This document shows, one piece after another, positions 50,281 through 64,000 of a stretch of 64,000 bases of DNA (position 1 is the stretch's first letter; each line of letters opens with the position of its first letter). Made by a program: the position numbers and the translations under genes. A model generated the notes under the pieces. That model saw nothing but the letters and a program-made list of their open reading frames with translations. It ran no database searches and was not told where the DNA came from. The DNA is from Okamejei kenojei (Eukaryota). Location: positions 39,122,001-39,186,000 of the forward strand of contig CM069135.1 in the NCBI GenBank assembly GCA_035221665.1, given 5' to 3'.

Positions 50281-53200
50281 ACAACTAAAATAGTTCATGG
50301 GACCTTTGCCAAAAGAAAGTGATGATGGTTGAGGACTTGGGAAAGAGAGAGAAACAGGTGACAGAATGGAGTGCTTTCATTTTACCTTCCTCGATGTGCA
50401 CTTTCATTTTACCTTCTTCGATGTGCTGCTAGAAACTGTGAGGAGTCAGGTCAAACTAAACATGAGGCTTAACACGAGGATGAAGTAGCAGTTTCTATTG
50501 AACCTGTGGAAGCATGGTTGAAGGTTGTGGTGGAGATCAACAATAAACATGTGATATCTCCTCCTGGATTCAGCATGTGAAGCCACTCAATGAGACAGGG
50601 TTGTCAAGAAATATGGGCTGAGTGGCGCATTATCCAACATTCACCATATGATCACTTTAACCCTTTCATTTTACCTTGTCCAGCTAACTCACCGTTCATC
50701 ACATTCATTCTGCAGCAGCACCCATCCTTCTTCTTCTATGAACCCCCTCTCATCCAAAATTAATATCTCTACCAGTTCTAACATCATAACTCTCCCACAA
50801 TAACCCTTGCATATCAGTTGGCCTAAAATTGTACCCAGAATTTCCAGAAACACTGCAGAAAATGGCATAATTTCATGTTCATCAAGTTAGAAATAACTTA
50901 AAACCAGGAGGAAAACATCTGACAAGAGAGGAGACTCCCAAATCTCCCCCTCCCAGGCTTCACAGAGAGCCATCCTCTGATCAACACTTCTGTGTGAATC
51001 AAGTGAAGTTTATTATTATGTGCACAAGTACCGTGAGGTACATGCACAATGAAAATCTTGCTTGAAGCTGAATCACATGCCCAGACAATACACAGAATAT
51101 AATGATGTATGAATTAGACAAGAACATAAATTGTACAGTAATGTGTACATAACACTTCATTTTGTTATCCTCACTCATATATGGCCCCTAACTATCTCAA
51201 GTATAAGCTCTCATGGTGCATGCTCATTTGTCCTCACCATGCATAGCTCTTGCACTTTCAGAAACCTTGCCTCAGGATCAATACAGGCTTTGTCTGGAAA
51301 TTTCTGCCTGCCATATATTACACTTTGCTGCTTCTAGTATATTATAAAATCAAGACAGGGTCTATTGGCTTTGGGATTATGCAGTGCACATACAGCCTGC
51401 TGCAGTTGCACACTCAACAATGCCTTTTCAAGATCAAACTAATTAACTGTATAGCATTTAGGGATAGCTGTGAGATTAGATATGGTAAATGCACTCACAG
51501 ATCTATAGAGTGGTACAGCACTGAAACAAACCCTTCTTTTCACCACATCCAAGATGACCATTTTGCCCATCCACGCTAATCCCATTTGCTAGCATTAGGA
51601 CCGTAATCTTCTATGCCTTGCCTGATCAAGCGTCGGTCTAAATGCCTTTAATACACAGTAATTGTATCTGATCCCATCATCACTTCTGGCAGCTCATTCT
51701 GCAAAACAATCACTTTGTGTGTAACATACCCTCATAACCCCATTAAAACCCCTTCCTGTCGCCTTAAAACTATGCCCTCCTGTTTCTGTTACTCCCCTAC
51801 CATGAGAAAATAAGATACTAACGACTTACTCTAAGTATGCCACATAATCTATCAGGTCACCAGAAGAAGGAATCTCTGGAAATTATGAGAAATTTGGGAA
51901 AGTTTGTAATATTGTCAATCTGCGTGTGATACACAATGGGAAAGGTTTGTGGGAAATTCTCCTAGTTTAGAAAAGTTAACATAAAAGACATGGTACTTAC
52001 TTACTTACTTATGTTAGAAGAAACAGTAATTAGACTAGGGAAGTGTTTAGATTGCAAGGCACAGGTAGGTGGATCAAGAATAAACAGTGTGTTTGTAAAC
52101 CCTGTTGAGTGCAAGTGAATTGACCATAAAAAGCATAATTACAGAAAGATTTGGCCATCATTTATAGCACCTATTCACCAAGGAAATGGGGAAAATCGCT
52201 GCGATGCAGATAGAGGCAACTCCTGCAGAGATAAAATAAGGATCAAAGATTGCAAAGTAAAGTAGGTTACTGATGAATTATTGTAAAAGTGTAAAATCTG
52301 CAAGTGCAAACATTTAATAACTCAAATATTATAAATTGCTGGATGTTTTTTGAGCCAGTACAGTATTTTTGAACCCTCTTACGAAGTACTTCCCCAGTGT
52401 ATATTCCAATGCCTAAATATACGGACTTCTTCGAGAAACTCACCACTATTGTATTAGATTTTTTTTGGTGGGATGTCCCAATCTGAACCATAATTAAGTG
52501 GGTGTCTGGGCCCCATTTGAAAGCCAGAGTCCCTATTTTCAAGTTTTGACCTCTCCCTAGTAGCGCCCTCTACATATTGCCTGAGGGAACTTTCTTAAAC
52601 ACAATCAAAAGCCATTGACACTTGGCAATCCTAGACAGGAAAGTTAAAATCTGATACCATGACAACCCTATTATCTTCTCACCTATTTGCATCTCTCGGT
52701 ATATTTGTTCCTCTAATTCTCATGGATGAATTGGGGCCTATAGTACAATGCCACAAAGGTGATTATCCCCTTTTTATTTCTCAGCTGTCCACATCACCCA
52801 TCAGTCTCCTTCACTCCAGAGGAAAACAAGGCCAACCTATCCAAAGTCTTCCCATAACTAAATGTCTACATCCAGAAAACTCTCTATAATTCCACACGTT
52901 CTTCCTAATGTGTGGCAACCAGAACTGCCCACAATATTCCAAGTGTGGTTTAACCAGGTTTGTAAAGTTGCAACATTACATCACAACTATTCTATTTTAT
53001 GTGCCCTTTTCACCACCCTGTCCATCTGTGTGGCCACTTTCAGGTTACTATAGATTTGGATGTTTAGATCTCTCTATTCAATAACATTCCTTAGATCCTT
53101 ATTCTAAAATGGTGATAATTAGCTAGGCATATGTGGTAACCCAGAATTTAGATGCTGCAGAGTCACTCAGTGCTGGAGTTTTGGCCTAATATAATGTGCA

Positions 53201-54614
53201 TGACTCATGATTCAGCGTTTATGTTCTGACTCAGAAACAATGTTTTCTGACTCAGAAACAATTAACTGCAGCAAAACAGCAGTTTTAAGACAGAGGTAGA
53301 TAGATTCTTGATTAGTACAGGTGACAGGGATTATGGGGAGAAAGCAGGAGAATGGGGTTAGGAGAGAAAGATATTTTAACCATGATGGAATGGCGGAGTA
53401 GACTTGATGGACCAAATGGCCTAATTCTGCTCCTATCACTTATGAACTTATGAACAATGAACGTAATGAACACCAAGTTGGGAATCAGGACATTATTTTA
53501 GTAGCTCAACAAAGTGTGATTAAGACACAAAAGTATGATACGCAAATTAATACAATACCGCACTGTCTTAACTCAGTCTTCCCACAGCTGAAAGTCACCA
53601 ATTCACAAAAATGAACCAGATCTCAACAAAATAGTGAATGATCAGTTTGGATCATGCAGAATCTCTACTGTGGATAAAAGACTACAACTATTTAATGTAG
53701 CATTTTACAAATTTGTATTTTCCCTCTTCCAATTTTCATTAACATTGAGTATCAAATATTTATGTTAAATATTTTTATTAGATGTAAAAGTATCAAATAT
53801 TTAAAAAGTAGAAAAGACATTCTACTCACTGAGAGGAAAAATTAGCGCGAGACGCCCCCAGATGTCTAGAGCAGGTCTCGGTGCACTGATGGAGGCTAGA
53901 CTGCAGATCATCCATCAGCTGAAGATAATGGCCTGGGTAGCTAAACATGAACTCTTTAAAAGATCTACAGTGTCAGGTTCTCAGGGATCCTTCAGCAATT
54001 GATCAGTTGCATCATTTCTTTTTCAAGTTATCTGGAAAAGATTTTCAGAATTTAAAATGGTAGAATCCAAGCTGGAATTCCATGCAGTCATGCCTAAAAA
54101 AAATAATGTCACTACTTTTAGAGGGACTCTTTGAACACACACATGTTAAAGTCTTATTCTCATTGAGCAGTACAGCATAGCTCACTGGATCTATAATAGC
54201 CATTGCACCTCTCCGCATTAATCTCACTTGCCTGCATTACTTCAATATCCCTCATGTCCTGCTCTTTCAAGGATGTCCAGATACCTCTTAAATGTTGCTT
54301 CTGTTCCTGCCTCTGCCAGGACCTCTGGGGAGTTCATTCCAGACACCAACTACTCTTTCTGTGGAAAAACACACATCTCAGAGCCCCTTTAAACTTCCTC
54401 CCTCACTGTAAACCTATGTCTTGCAGTTTTAGACACCGCTACCACGAGAAACCGATAGTAGCTATCTTCACTATATATGCCTCTCATAATTTTTTATACC
54501 TCTATCTTGTCACTTCTCAGTCTCCTTTGGTCATGGGAGAACAAACCTAGCCTATCCAATCTCTCCAATACCAGAGATCATCGTATTACAAAGTACTCTA
54601 ACTTGTTCAACAGA

Positions 54615-57600
54615 GAAACATAGAAAATAGGTGCAGGAGTAGGCCATTCAAGCCAGCAATGCCATTCCATATGATCATGGCTGATCATCCAAAATTAGTA
54701 CCCCGTTCCGGCTTTTTCCCCATACCTTTGATTCCCTTAGCCCTAAGAGCTAAATTTAACTCTCTCCTGAACACATCCAGTGAATTGGCATCCACTGCCT
54801 TCTGTGGCAGTGAATTCCACAGATTCACAACTCTCTGGGTGAACATTTTTTTCCTCATCTCAGTCCTAAATGGTCTATCCCTTATTCTTAAACTGTGACC
54901 CCCTGGTTCTGGACTCCCCCGACATTGGGAATTTTTTTCCTGCATCTACCCTGTCCATTCCACTAAGAATGTTATGTTTCTATAAGATCCCCTCTCATCC
55001 AGCGAATACACCATATAACCATATAACAATTACAGCACGGAGACAGGCCCTCTCGGCCCTTCCAGTCCGTGCCGACCATTTGTTTTCCCCTAGTCCCATC
55101 TACCTGCACTCAGACCATACCCCTCCATTCCCTTCACGTCCATATACCTATCCACTTTACTTTTAAATGTTAACAAAAAAAAAAAAAAAAAAAAAATCGA
55201 TCCTGCCTCCACCACCTCTGCTGGAAGCTCATTCCACACAGCCACCACCCTCTGAGTAAAGAAGTTCCCCCTCACGTTACCCCTAAACTTCTGTCCCTTA
55301 ATTCTCATGTCATGCCCTCTTGTTTGAATCTTCCCTACCCTCAATGGGAAAAGCTTATCCACGTCAACTCTGTCTATCCTTTTCATCATTTTAAAGACCT
55401 CAATCAAGGTCACCCCTTAACCTTCTGCGCTCCAAACAATAAAGACCTAACTTGTTCAACCTTTCTCTGTAACATAGTTGCTGGAACCCTGGCAACATTC
55501 TAGTAAATCTCCTCTGTAACTCTCTCTATTTTGTTGACATCCTTCCTATAACTAGGCGACCAAAATTGTACACCATACTCCAGAATTGGTCTTACAATGC
55601 CTTGTACATTTAACATTACTTCCCTACTCCTATATTCAATGCTCTGATTTATAAAGGCCAGCACACCAAAGGCTTTTTTTACCACCCCTATCTACATGCG
55701 ATTCCACCTTCAGGGAACTATGCACAGTTATTCCTAGATCCCTCAGTTCCACAGCATTCCTCAATTCCCTACCATTTACCATGTACGTCCTATTTTGATT
55801 CGTCCTGCCAAGATGTAGCACTTCACACTTATCAGCATTAAACTCCATCTGCCATCTTTCAGCCCACTTTTCCAAATGGCCCAAATCTCTCTGTAGACTT
55901 TGAGAATCTACTTCATTATCCACAATACCACCTATCTTAGTATCATCTGCATACTTACTTGAATCCAATTTTCCACCCCATCATCCAGATCATTGATGTA
56001 CATGACAAACAACAGTGGACCCACACAGATCCTGAGGCACCCCACTGTCACCGCTTCCAACCTGACAAACAGCCATCCCCCATTACTCTCTGACATCTCC
56101 CATTCAGCCACTGTTGAATCCATCTTGCTACTCCGCCATTAACACCCAAAGATTGAACCTTCTTAACCAACCTTCCATGGGAACCTTGTCAAAGGCCTTA
56201 CTGAAATCCATATAGACAACATCCACTGCTTTACCCTCATCAATTTCCCTAGTTACCGCTTCCAAAAATTCAAGAAGGTTTGTCAAACATGACCTCCCAG
56301 GCACAAATCCATGTTGACTGTTCCTGATCAGACCCTGTTTATCCAGATGCTTATATATATTATCTCTAAGTATCCTTTCCATTAATTTGCCCACCACTGA
56401 CGTCAAACTAATAGGTCTATAATTGCTAGGTTTATTCTTTGAACCCTTTTTAAACAATGGAACAACATGCGCAGTACGCCAATCCTCCGGCACTATTCCC
56501 GTTTCTAATGACATTTGAAATATTTCTGTCATAGCTCCTGCTATTTCTACACTAACTTCCCTCAATGTCCTAGGGAATATCCTGTCAGGACCTGGAGACT
56601 TATCCACCTTTATATTTTTCAAAAGTGTCAGTACTACCTCCTCTTTGAATCTCATAGTTTCCATAGCTACTCTACTTTTTTCCCTTAACTCACAGAGTTC
56701 AATATCCTTCTCCTTGGTGAAATACCGAAGAAAAGAAATTGTTCAATATCTTCCCCATCTCTCTTTTGGCTCTGCAGATAGCTGTCCATTCTGGTTCTCT
56801 AATGGTCCAATTTTATCCCACGTTATCCTTTTGCTATTAATATAGCTGTAGAAACCCTTTGGATTTACTTTCACCTTTCTTGCCAAAGCAACCCCATATC
56901 TTCTTTTAGCCTTCCTAATTTCTTTCTTAAGATTCTTTTTACATTCTTTATACTCCTCTAGCACCTCCATGCCTCCTATAATAGTTACTCCATGCCTCCT
57001 ATAATTATTGTAGATATCTCTCTTTTTTCGAAACAAGTGTCTAATTTCCCTTGAAAACCATGGCTCTTTCCAATTTTTACTATTTCCTTTCAACCTAACA
57101 GGGACATAAAGATTCTGTACTCTTACAATTTCCCCTTTAAATGTCCTCCATTTTCTCTTCTACATCCTTCCCATGAAACAAAGTGTCCCAATTCACTCCT
57201 TTAAAATCCTCACGCATTCCCTCAAAGTTAGCCTTTCTCCAATCAAAAATCTCCACTCTAGGTCCTGTTCTGACTCGCTCCATAATTATATTGAAACTAA
57301 TGGTATTGTGATCACTGGTCCCGAAGTGCTCACCAACGCATACCTCCGTCACCTGTCCTGCCTCATTTCCTAACAGGAGGTCCAGCACTGCCCCTTCTCT
57401 GGTCTGGTACCTCTATGTACTGCTGCAAAAAACTATCCTGCACACATTTTACAAACTCCAAACCATCCAGCCCATTTACAGAATGTGTTTCCCAGTCTAT
57501 TTTTGGGAAATTGAAATCTCCCACAATCACTACCTTGTGCTTACTACTAATATCTGCTATCTCCTTACATATTTGCTCTTCCAATTCTCGCTCCCCATTT

Positions 57601-58130
57601 GGCGGTCTATAGTACACCCCTAAAAGTGTTGCTACACCGTTCCCACTTCTCAGTTCCACCCAAATAGCCTCCCTAGACGAACCCTCTAATCTATCCTGCC
57701 AAAGCACTGCTGTAATATCCTCTCTGACAAGCAATGCAACACCTCCACCTCTGGTCCCTCCAATTCTATCACCCCGGAAGCAACAAAATCCTGGAATATT
57801 TAGTTTCCAATCACAGCCCTCCTGCAACCATGTTTCACTGAATACAACCCCAGTCGACCAATTCTTTCATCATACGTCAGTCGCGCCATCCTGTGAATTA
57901 ACCTGGTGAACCTTCGCTGCACTCCCTCAATAGCAATAATGTCCTTCCTCAAATTAGGTGACCAAAATTGCACACAACACTCCAGGTGTGGTCTCACTAG
58001 AGCCCTGTAGGACCTCTGCAGTAGGACCTCCTTACTCCTAAACTCAAATGCTCTCGCAATGACGGCCAATGTGCTATTGGCTTTCTTCATTGCCTGCTGT
58101 ACCTGCATGCTTACTTTCAGTAATGGATGT
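54615..58130 (-). mobile_element. CR1 fragment (54615-55010 and 57840-58130) split by a younger CR1
   Basis: 3' tail agaaacatagaaa at about 54615; ORF 57800-58177 continues ORF2; gaataca is duplicated at 55004-55010 and 57840-57846. Confidence 0.85.
55011..57839 (-). mobile_element. Young CR1 LINE, same subfamily as 14050-16775, with many small indels
   Basis: ORF fragments nearly identical to 14475-16708, plus the EN segment (YYRPP, GDFN, SDH); (ccatataa)n tail. Confidence 0.95.
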
Positions 58131-58728
58131 AGGCGTCTAATTTGGTGTTTGGGAATGTTTGTAATGTGTAGTTGCACTGTTTTATTTAACTTCCATTAAC
58201 TTAATTCAACTTTTAAATACATGGTTGTAAACTACTTTACTTTATGTAAAGAACAAATCTACAGCACTTGAAATGTTTATTTCATTCTATGACTTAATCC
58301 TGTTGAGTAAGAAGCCATTGTATCACAAAGGCATCTAAGCTGGTGTAATCAAGTTGAGGCTGCAACGTTTCATTTAATCTGCATTAATTTAATTCAACTG
58401 TTAAATAAATTATTGCAAATTTTATGTCAAGCATTTGGAAACATTTATTTTATTCTAAGTTTTAAATGCTGTTTAGTTAAACTCACAAAGTACTCGGTAA
58501 CTTGTTCAAATGCGTGTTCAGTAATGTTTATAATGTGAGGTTGCGATGTTTAAGTTAACTTCCATTAACATAATTCATATTGTACACATACATGTATTAA
58601 TTCCCACCTTTATATTCTGATTGACAACTGCGGTCGGGTGTGGGGGGTGGGGGTGGAGGGGATATTTACACCTATTGGGGGAAGCTCTCTCCATTTCCTC
58701 AACTTCATTGGTCCATTCTAGATTCAAA

Positions 58729-58858
58729 NNNNNNNNNNNNNNNNNNNNNNNNNNNNNNNNNNNNNNNNNNNNNNNNNNNNNNNNNNNNNNNNNNNNNNNN
58801 NNNNNNNNNNNNNNNNNNNNNNNNNNNNNNNNNNNNNNNNNNNNNNNNNNNNNNNNNN
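58729..58858. other. Assembly gap
   Basis: Run of N. Confidence 1.
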
Positions 58859-60469
58859 AGCACCTAGTGTTTCCTCCGTAGAGTTGCTAAAAAAAGACTA
58901 TGGATTCTAATCACTATTTGTGAGTCTGATCATTTCAACATGGTGTCAGAAATTTCGGACGCTCTCCTCGCCTAGTTGCTTTACGTTTATTTTATTTTGA
59001 TTTTTTTGTTCAGTTTGTGGTTTTATAATGGCTGCTTCTCTTCGCAAGCCTGAGCCTTTAGTGTTTGATGGTGACCTCGATGAGCGTTGGCGCATCTTTG
59101 AAGAGGATTTCACTGTGTATGTTCATGCGATGCACGCTGCCGCCGCTCCAGGTATTCGTGCCTCTATTCTCCTCAACCTGGCCGGTACAGAGGCCACTCG
59201 ACGTGCTAGGAGATTTCATTATACCCCAAACAGTTCAATGCTGCGAGTGTCCAGATTGTTCGGCTGAATCTATTCAAGACCCTTCAACAACTATGTGAGT
59301 TACGCATTAATCTTGTGATGGAGCGCCAAAAATTTGTTTGGCGCAGTCAAAGACAGGGTGAACCTGTTAAAGCGTACATCAGATCTTTGAAGCACATCGC
59401 CAGTCGATGCGAGTTTGACATTTTGTGCGATAGTCTGATACGAGATAGACTGGTTTGTGGAATTCTCAATGATAAGGTACGTGATGAACTTCTACGTGAT
59501 GCAGACTTCACTCTGGAGAGTGCTGAAAATCGCTGTCGTATTGCAGAAATGACAGATTCTCATACCAAATCTTTGGGGCAGGATCCCCATTCTGCCTATA
59601 ATGTTAATGTTGCCGGCACGGTTTACCAGGCCCAACCCCAGTTTTCACAGGTCCCCGGTAGATCTGGTGTTAATTTTATTAATAATTGTGTGAACTGTGG
59701 AGGTTCGCATGCAGGCATTCATGAACATTGCCCGGCTTATGGAAAACTTTGCCACTTCTGTAAACGGAGAAATCACTTAATTCATTGTTGCCATTCGCTT
59801 GGAAACAGTATACAGACAAAGCAATCTGTTCACCTGCTCCAAATTGAGAGCTTCGATCCAGAGCCTTCCCATGCAGCTCCCACGCAAGCTTCTCTGACTA
59901 ACAAGGACATACTGCTGCTAACGAGAGACTGGATATCAACATATATTCCTTGTCGGATTTGTCTCGTAAACATCAAGAGGTCACTCTCCTCAGTAACAAA
60001 ATGAATGTTATTGTTAAACTCGACACTGGAGCTCGTTGCAACATTTTATCCTTATCTGAACTCAATAGGATTTGAAAAAACAAGGTGATCAGTCACACAT
60101 CTGCCACTATACTTCCATTTGCAGGTGGCACAGTCCTCCCTGTCAGTCAAGTCAAGCTACGATGCTATCTTGATTCACGTGTCCACAGCCTGAGCTTCTT
60201 TATTGTCCGAGAAAAAGTACCTTCTCTGCTAGGCATTGATGCTTGTAACAACCTGGGTCTGGTCACCTTCAGTACATCCGTCTATCAACTGTCTGCTACA
60301 TGTGGCTTCACTCAACAAATCCTGACACAATACAAAAGTCTGTTTGACGACAAACTAGGCAGGTTACCTGTCAAGTACACAATCACGACTGACCCCGAGG
60401 TACTCACAGTTGTCCGTCTAGCACACCGGATTCCCCATGCTATGCAGGACCGTGTACAAGGTGTCACAG

Positions 60470-60712
60470 AACCTCCGAGATGAGGAAAGACTTTCTTCAC
60501 ACAGAGAGTGGTGACTCTGGATCTCTGCCACAGAGGGTGTTGAGGCCAGTTCATTGGCTATATTTAAGAGTGAGTTGGATGTGGCCCTTGTGGCTAAGGG
60601 GATCAGAGGGTACCCTGAGTTGGATGATCAGCCCATGATCATATTGGGCGGTGCAGGCCGAAGGCTGAATGGCCTACTCCTGCACCTAATTTCTATGTTT
60701 CTATGTTTCTAT
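60470..60712 (+). mobile_element. CR1 3' fragment inserted in Gypsy pol
   Basis: AIFKSELDVALVAKGIRGY and (ttctatgt)n tail. Confidence 0.8.
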
Positions 60713-61113
60713 GAACTCGACAGAATGTATGGGTGTCTCGTCACTGGCCCATCGGATTGTGTCTCGACCACGGTCATAGCAACGAAAAAGAACAAGGAAG
60801 AAATACAGATTTGCATCAATCCTAAAGATTTAAACACTGACATTAAATTACCATAATATCCCACGTGCACAGTGGAAGAGAATGCAGCGCAGCTGGGCAA
60901 GGTGACAGTATTCACAGTGCTAGATGCCAAGAGTTTATTCTGGCAGATTACCCTGGATCACAACTCCTCCAAGTTAACCACCTTCAGCACACCCTTTGGA
61001 CGTTACAAATTTCTTCGTATGCCATTTGGCATAAACTCTGCAAGTGAAGTATTTCAACGTGCTATGGAACAATTGTTTGCAGGTTACCCATGCTCCATTG
61101 TAGTTGATGAGAT

Positions 61114-61571
61114 TTAAAGCCAGAATTTTGCCATAAATGCCATGTGCCTTTTCATGCCTTTTTTGATGATTTCACCAGGATAATGCCCTTTTCACGATCG
61201 AGTGTCTAAATCAGCCTTTTTTTGCCGTTTTGCCAAAAGGTCGTGCTGTTTTCTCCAGTTGTACCATGATCGCAATGACGTTTTCTATGTTAACACATTA
61301 ATATTAATGTTATTATTAACGTGTTAACATAGTATAACTTACAAGAAAATTTCCACCACTGGGGACGAAACCAGCGGCGCCACTGTCGGTCATTCCATTC
61401 ATTCGTGCCGCTGCCCACTAGTTCCGTTTTCTCCAAGATCTATTTAAGAAAGAACTGCAGATGCTGGAAAAATCGAAGGTAGACAAAAGATGCTGGAGAA
61501 ACTCACCGCATGAGGCAGACAGGGAAGGAATAGGTGACATTTTGGGTCGAGACCCTTTTTCAGACTGATGT

Positions 61572-61604
<33 letters not shown>

Positions 61605-62625
61605 AAAAGAAAGGAAGAGGCGGAGACAGTAGGACTAGAAAGAGAGCTGGGAAGGGGAGGGGGAGGAGGGAGAAGACAAGGGCTATGTAAAATAGAGAAG
61701 TCAGTGTTGATACTGCTGTGGTGTCGACTACCCAAGCGAAATACCCAAGCTTGTCTCCTCATTACATTTACTGCTGGCTCCAGGCGCAAATCTGCATTTG
61801 AAGTGATTTGTGTAAGGCTTTGATTGTGATAAAAACTGATTTTTTATAGTGTAAGAGAAAGAGCTGTTCATTGATGATGGAATTGGCCCAATTGAATAAC
61901 TTTGTTCCGTCTTCACTAAATAAAAGCAGGGGACTAAAATTGATGAAATCTCAGTCAAGAGGTTTGCATTTGAATAGAGGCCGAAACACAGAGTACTTAG
62001 AAGTAATATATTATAATCTTTCAAAAACTGGATTCTGGAGTCATCCGGCAACATTATGTTCATGTAGCAACTTCAACTGGAATTGTTTGCAGAAGAATTA
62101 GAGATGAAGTATGGCATGCAAAAAGATAATGGATCTCAATATACTGTGGGGTAACTAGCACTATTTACAAGATGGCATTATCGTAAAGCTGGCATACACA
62201 AAGTTATAGTTTGCCACTTTGGTGCAAAAACTCTCTACACAACAAGTAGAGTTTTGATGCTGTCCATGTGGGGAGACATCCAGGCGCAGAAGAGCAGTAA
62301 CTATCCTGTGGAGCAAAAAACATGTTTTGCTTGGCCCTCTATACAGTTTTTACTATGATGTTTCTATGTTTCATGTTTCGAAAATTGAGAGGTTTTTTAG
62401 AGAAAACACAACAGAGTAGTGGAAACATCATAGCATTGTTGTGCAGAAAATTAGAGATGAAGTTGCATGCAACAAAATATGGATCTCAATAGATGAACTA
62501 GTTACAGTTTGTAAAGGGCACAAAGTTATAAGTTTCACACAACAAGTATTTTGTGCAACAACTAATTGCCCTCTCCTATTTGGCCGACATTCACGAGAAG
62601 TGGAATCCTTGGGTTTACCACCACA
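61114..62625 (+). mobile_element. DNA-transposon relic (hAT/CGGBP1-like) replacing part of Gypsy pol; contains a PLE fragment at about 61450-61750
   Basis: tgcc-rich terminal region at 61118-61240; peptide remnants KLRGFLEK and KIRDEVACNKIWISIDE. Confidence 0.5.
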
Positions 62626-63770
62626 TGGTTCCTGCCCTCCCGTGGTCCACATTTGCAACTGACATTTTGAGTGGCATGGCAAACAATACCTGGTTCTTCT
62701 CAACTGTATTTTGGTTGGTTTGACATCAATCTTCTTAGTAGCCCCACTTCTCATGGGGTAGTTCAGAAGCTGGCACGCCATTTCTCTGACCACAGAGCTC
62801 CATATCAACTACTATCTGACAATGGCAGTCAATTTACCAGCCAGCACTTCAAAGACTTTGCTACACACTGGGGTTTTCGTCACATCACCAGCAGCCCTGA
62901 GTACCCTCAGTCAAATGGACTAGCTGAACGTGCCATCAGGAGTGCCAAACAATTAATGGAATGGTTCCACAGAGCAAAATCAGATATGTACCTGGACCTG
63001 CTTAACTTGCGCAACATCTCCCGCGACCCGACATTGGGTTCACCCGCTCAACGTCTGATGTCAAGGCAGACCCGAGCCGCATTGCCTGTAGCGAAATAGG
63101 CATTGGTACCGTATGTGTTCCCACCATGAGAAGTCCAGTCCAGACTACAACAAAAGCGCGACGTTCAGAAAGGGTGGTATGATAGGACGAGCAGACCGCT
63201 TCCACCGCCAGCCGAGGGACAGGTAGTGCGTCTGCAAATCGACGAAGGTCACGACCGCCTCGGTGTCATTTCTGGAACTGCCTCTGAGCCACGTTCATAC
63301 TTGGTCAATTCCGATGGCGGCACCAACAAACGTAATAAGCAACATATCCTGCCTGTGAATGAGCCAGCACCACCTCCATACTATCCAGACCACACAAGTG
63401 TACTTCCATCCACATCCAGCAGCATTGCCCCAACTGCACCAGCCCGACAACCTGTTTCTGATCTGGTTACTTTCCCTATGGCCACGCTGCCTCCACCTGT
63501 GCCAAAGTCTCCTGTTTCGTCACCGGGAATGCCGTTTCAATCTCCAATACCTACATCACCACCGATCGTGTCCCCAGTGATGGGAGGAGATGCAGGACTG
63601 TACTGTACGTGCACAGGGCGTGTTTGAAGCCCACCGTAAAGTACCCGGGCTATGTTTGACCTTCCTCCAGTTTATTGACACATACGATATGTACTCTGTA
63701 TAATCAGTAGTTTTACATTTACATTTAATTCTTTAAGAGGGAGGATGTAGATTTGTGTGTTAGTACTATA

Positions 63771-64000
63771 TCTATATTACTAAAAGTCTGATCTTGACCA
63801 CTTCCTGTTGTTCTGTATATTGATTTTAGAAAACACGCTACCACTTGCGGCTGTGATTTTTGGCCATCTTACTCAGAGTCCCCCTCTGCTGTGCAGGACA
63901 AAAGGATTTTTCCTATGATGAAAAATAAAAGAGTTATTAGTGTTTAAAAAAATGTTGAGATCTCTCTCCTCAAGGCCACGTGTGTTGAGTGTCTCAGTCA
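63771..64000 (+). mobile_element. Helitron 5' end inserted in the Gypsy 3' LTR; runs off the window
   Basis: A|TCTATATTACTAAAAG; homologous to 18395-18570, and its 5' tip is shared with 6530. Confidence 0.75.

Larger units (their letters stand above)
58859..63770 (+). mobile_element. Degraded Ty3/Gypsy LTR retrotransposon
   Basis: LTR end ...caaca at 58940; PBS tggtgtcagaa (tRNA-Leu-like); gag with LIRDRLVCG and CCHC knuckles; protease LDTGA at about 60018; RT (LDAKSLFWQI, RMPFG); integrase (SDNGSQF, PQSNGLAER); PPT at 63735-63745; 3' LTR starts TG at 63746. Confidence 0.9.

Noticed and set aside
53201-53262. Cluster of three AP-1 (TGACTCA) sites
   Set aside because: Two arise from a local 21-bp tandem duplication; no evidence of function.
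55011-57839. Inverted segmental duplication of 14530-16775
   Set aside because: Similarity is limited to the CR1 itself, which has its own TSD and different flanks, so these are independent insertions. Some of its indels may be consensus errors.

Overview
This is vertebrate, not prokaryotic, DNA. The repeat content points to a cartilaginous fish, probably a skate or ray (inference from esterase-ORF1 CR1 LINEs, HE1/V-SINE-like tRNA SINEs and Penelope-like pLTR fragments). The window is gene-poor and dominated by nested transposable elements: CR1, Rex1/Babar and L1 LINEs, Penelope-like (PLE) fragments, two Gypsy elements, three Helitron-type elements and hAT relics, plus two assembly gaps. I found no intact host gene. 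The main finding is a 1.6-kb non-autonomous hAT element (35044-36648) with CAGGGCCGGC terminal inverted repeats and a perfect 8-bp target-site duplication. It carries the 5'UTR, complete first coding exon and intron start of BCL7A, frameshifted by a 13-bp insertion. A Helitron-type element (6530-7827) independently carries an unidentified GC-rich first-exon-like cassette with a splice donor. PLE terminal repeats carry minimal hammerhead-ribozyme motifs, the best at 27924-27957 on the minus strand. All calls come from reading the sequence by eye; boundaries of degenerate repeats are approximate.
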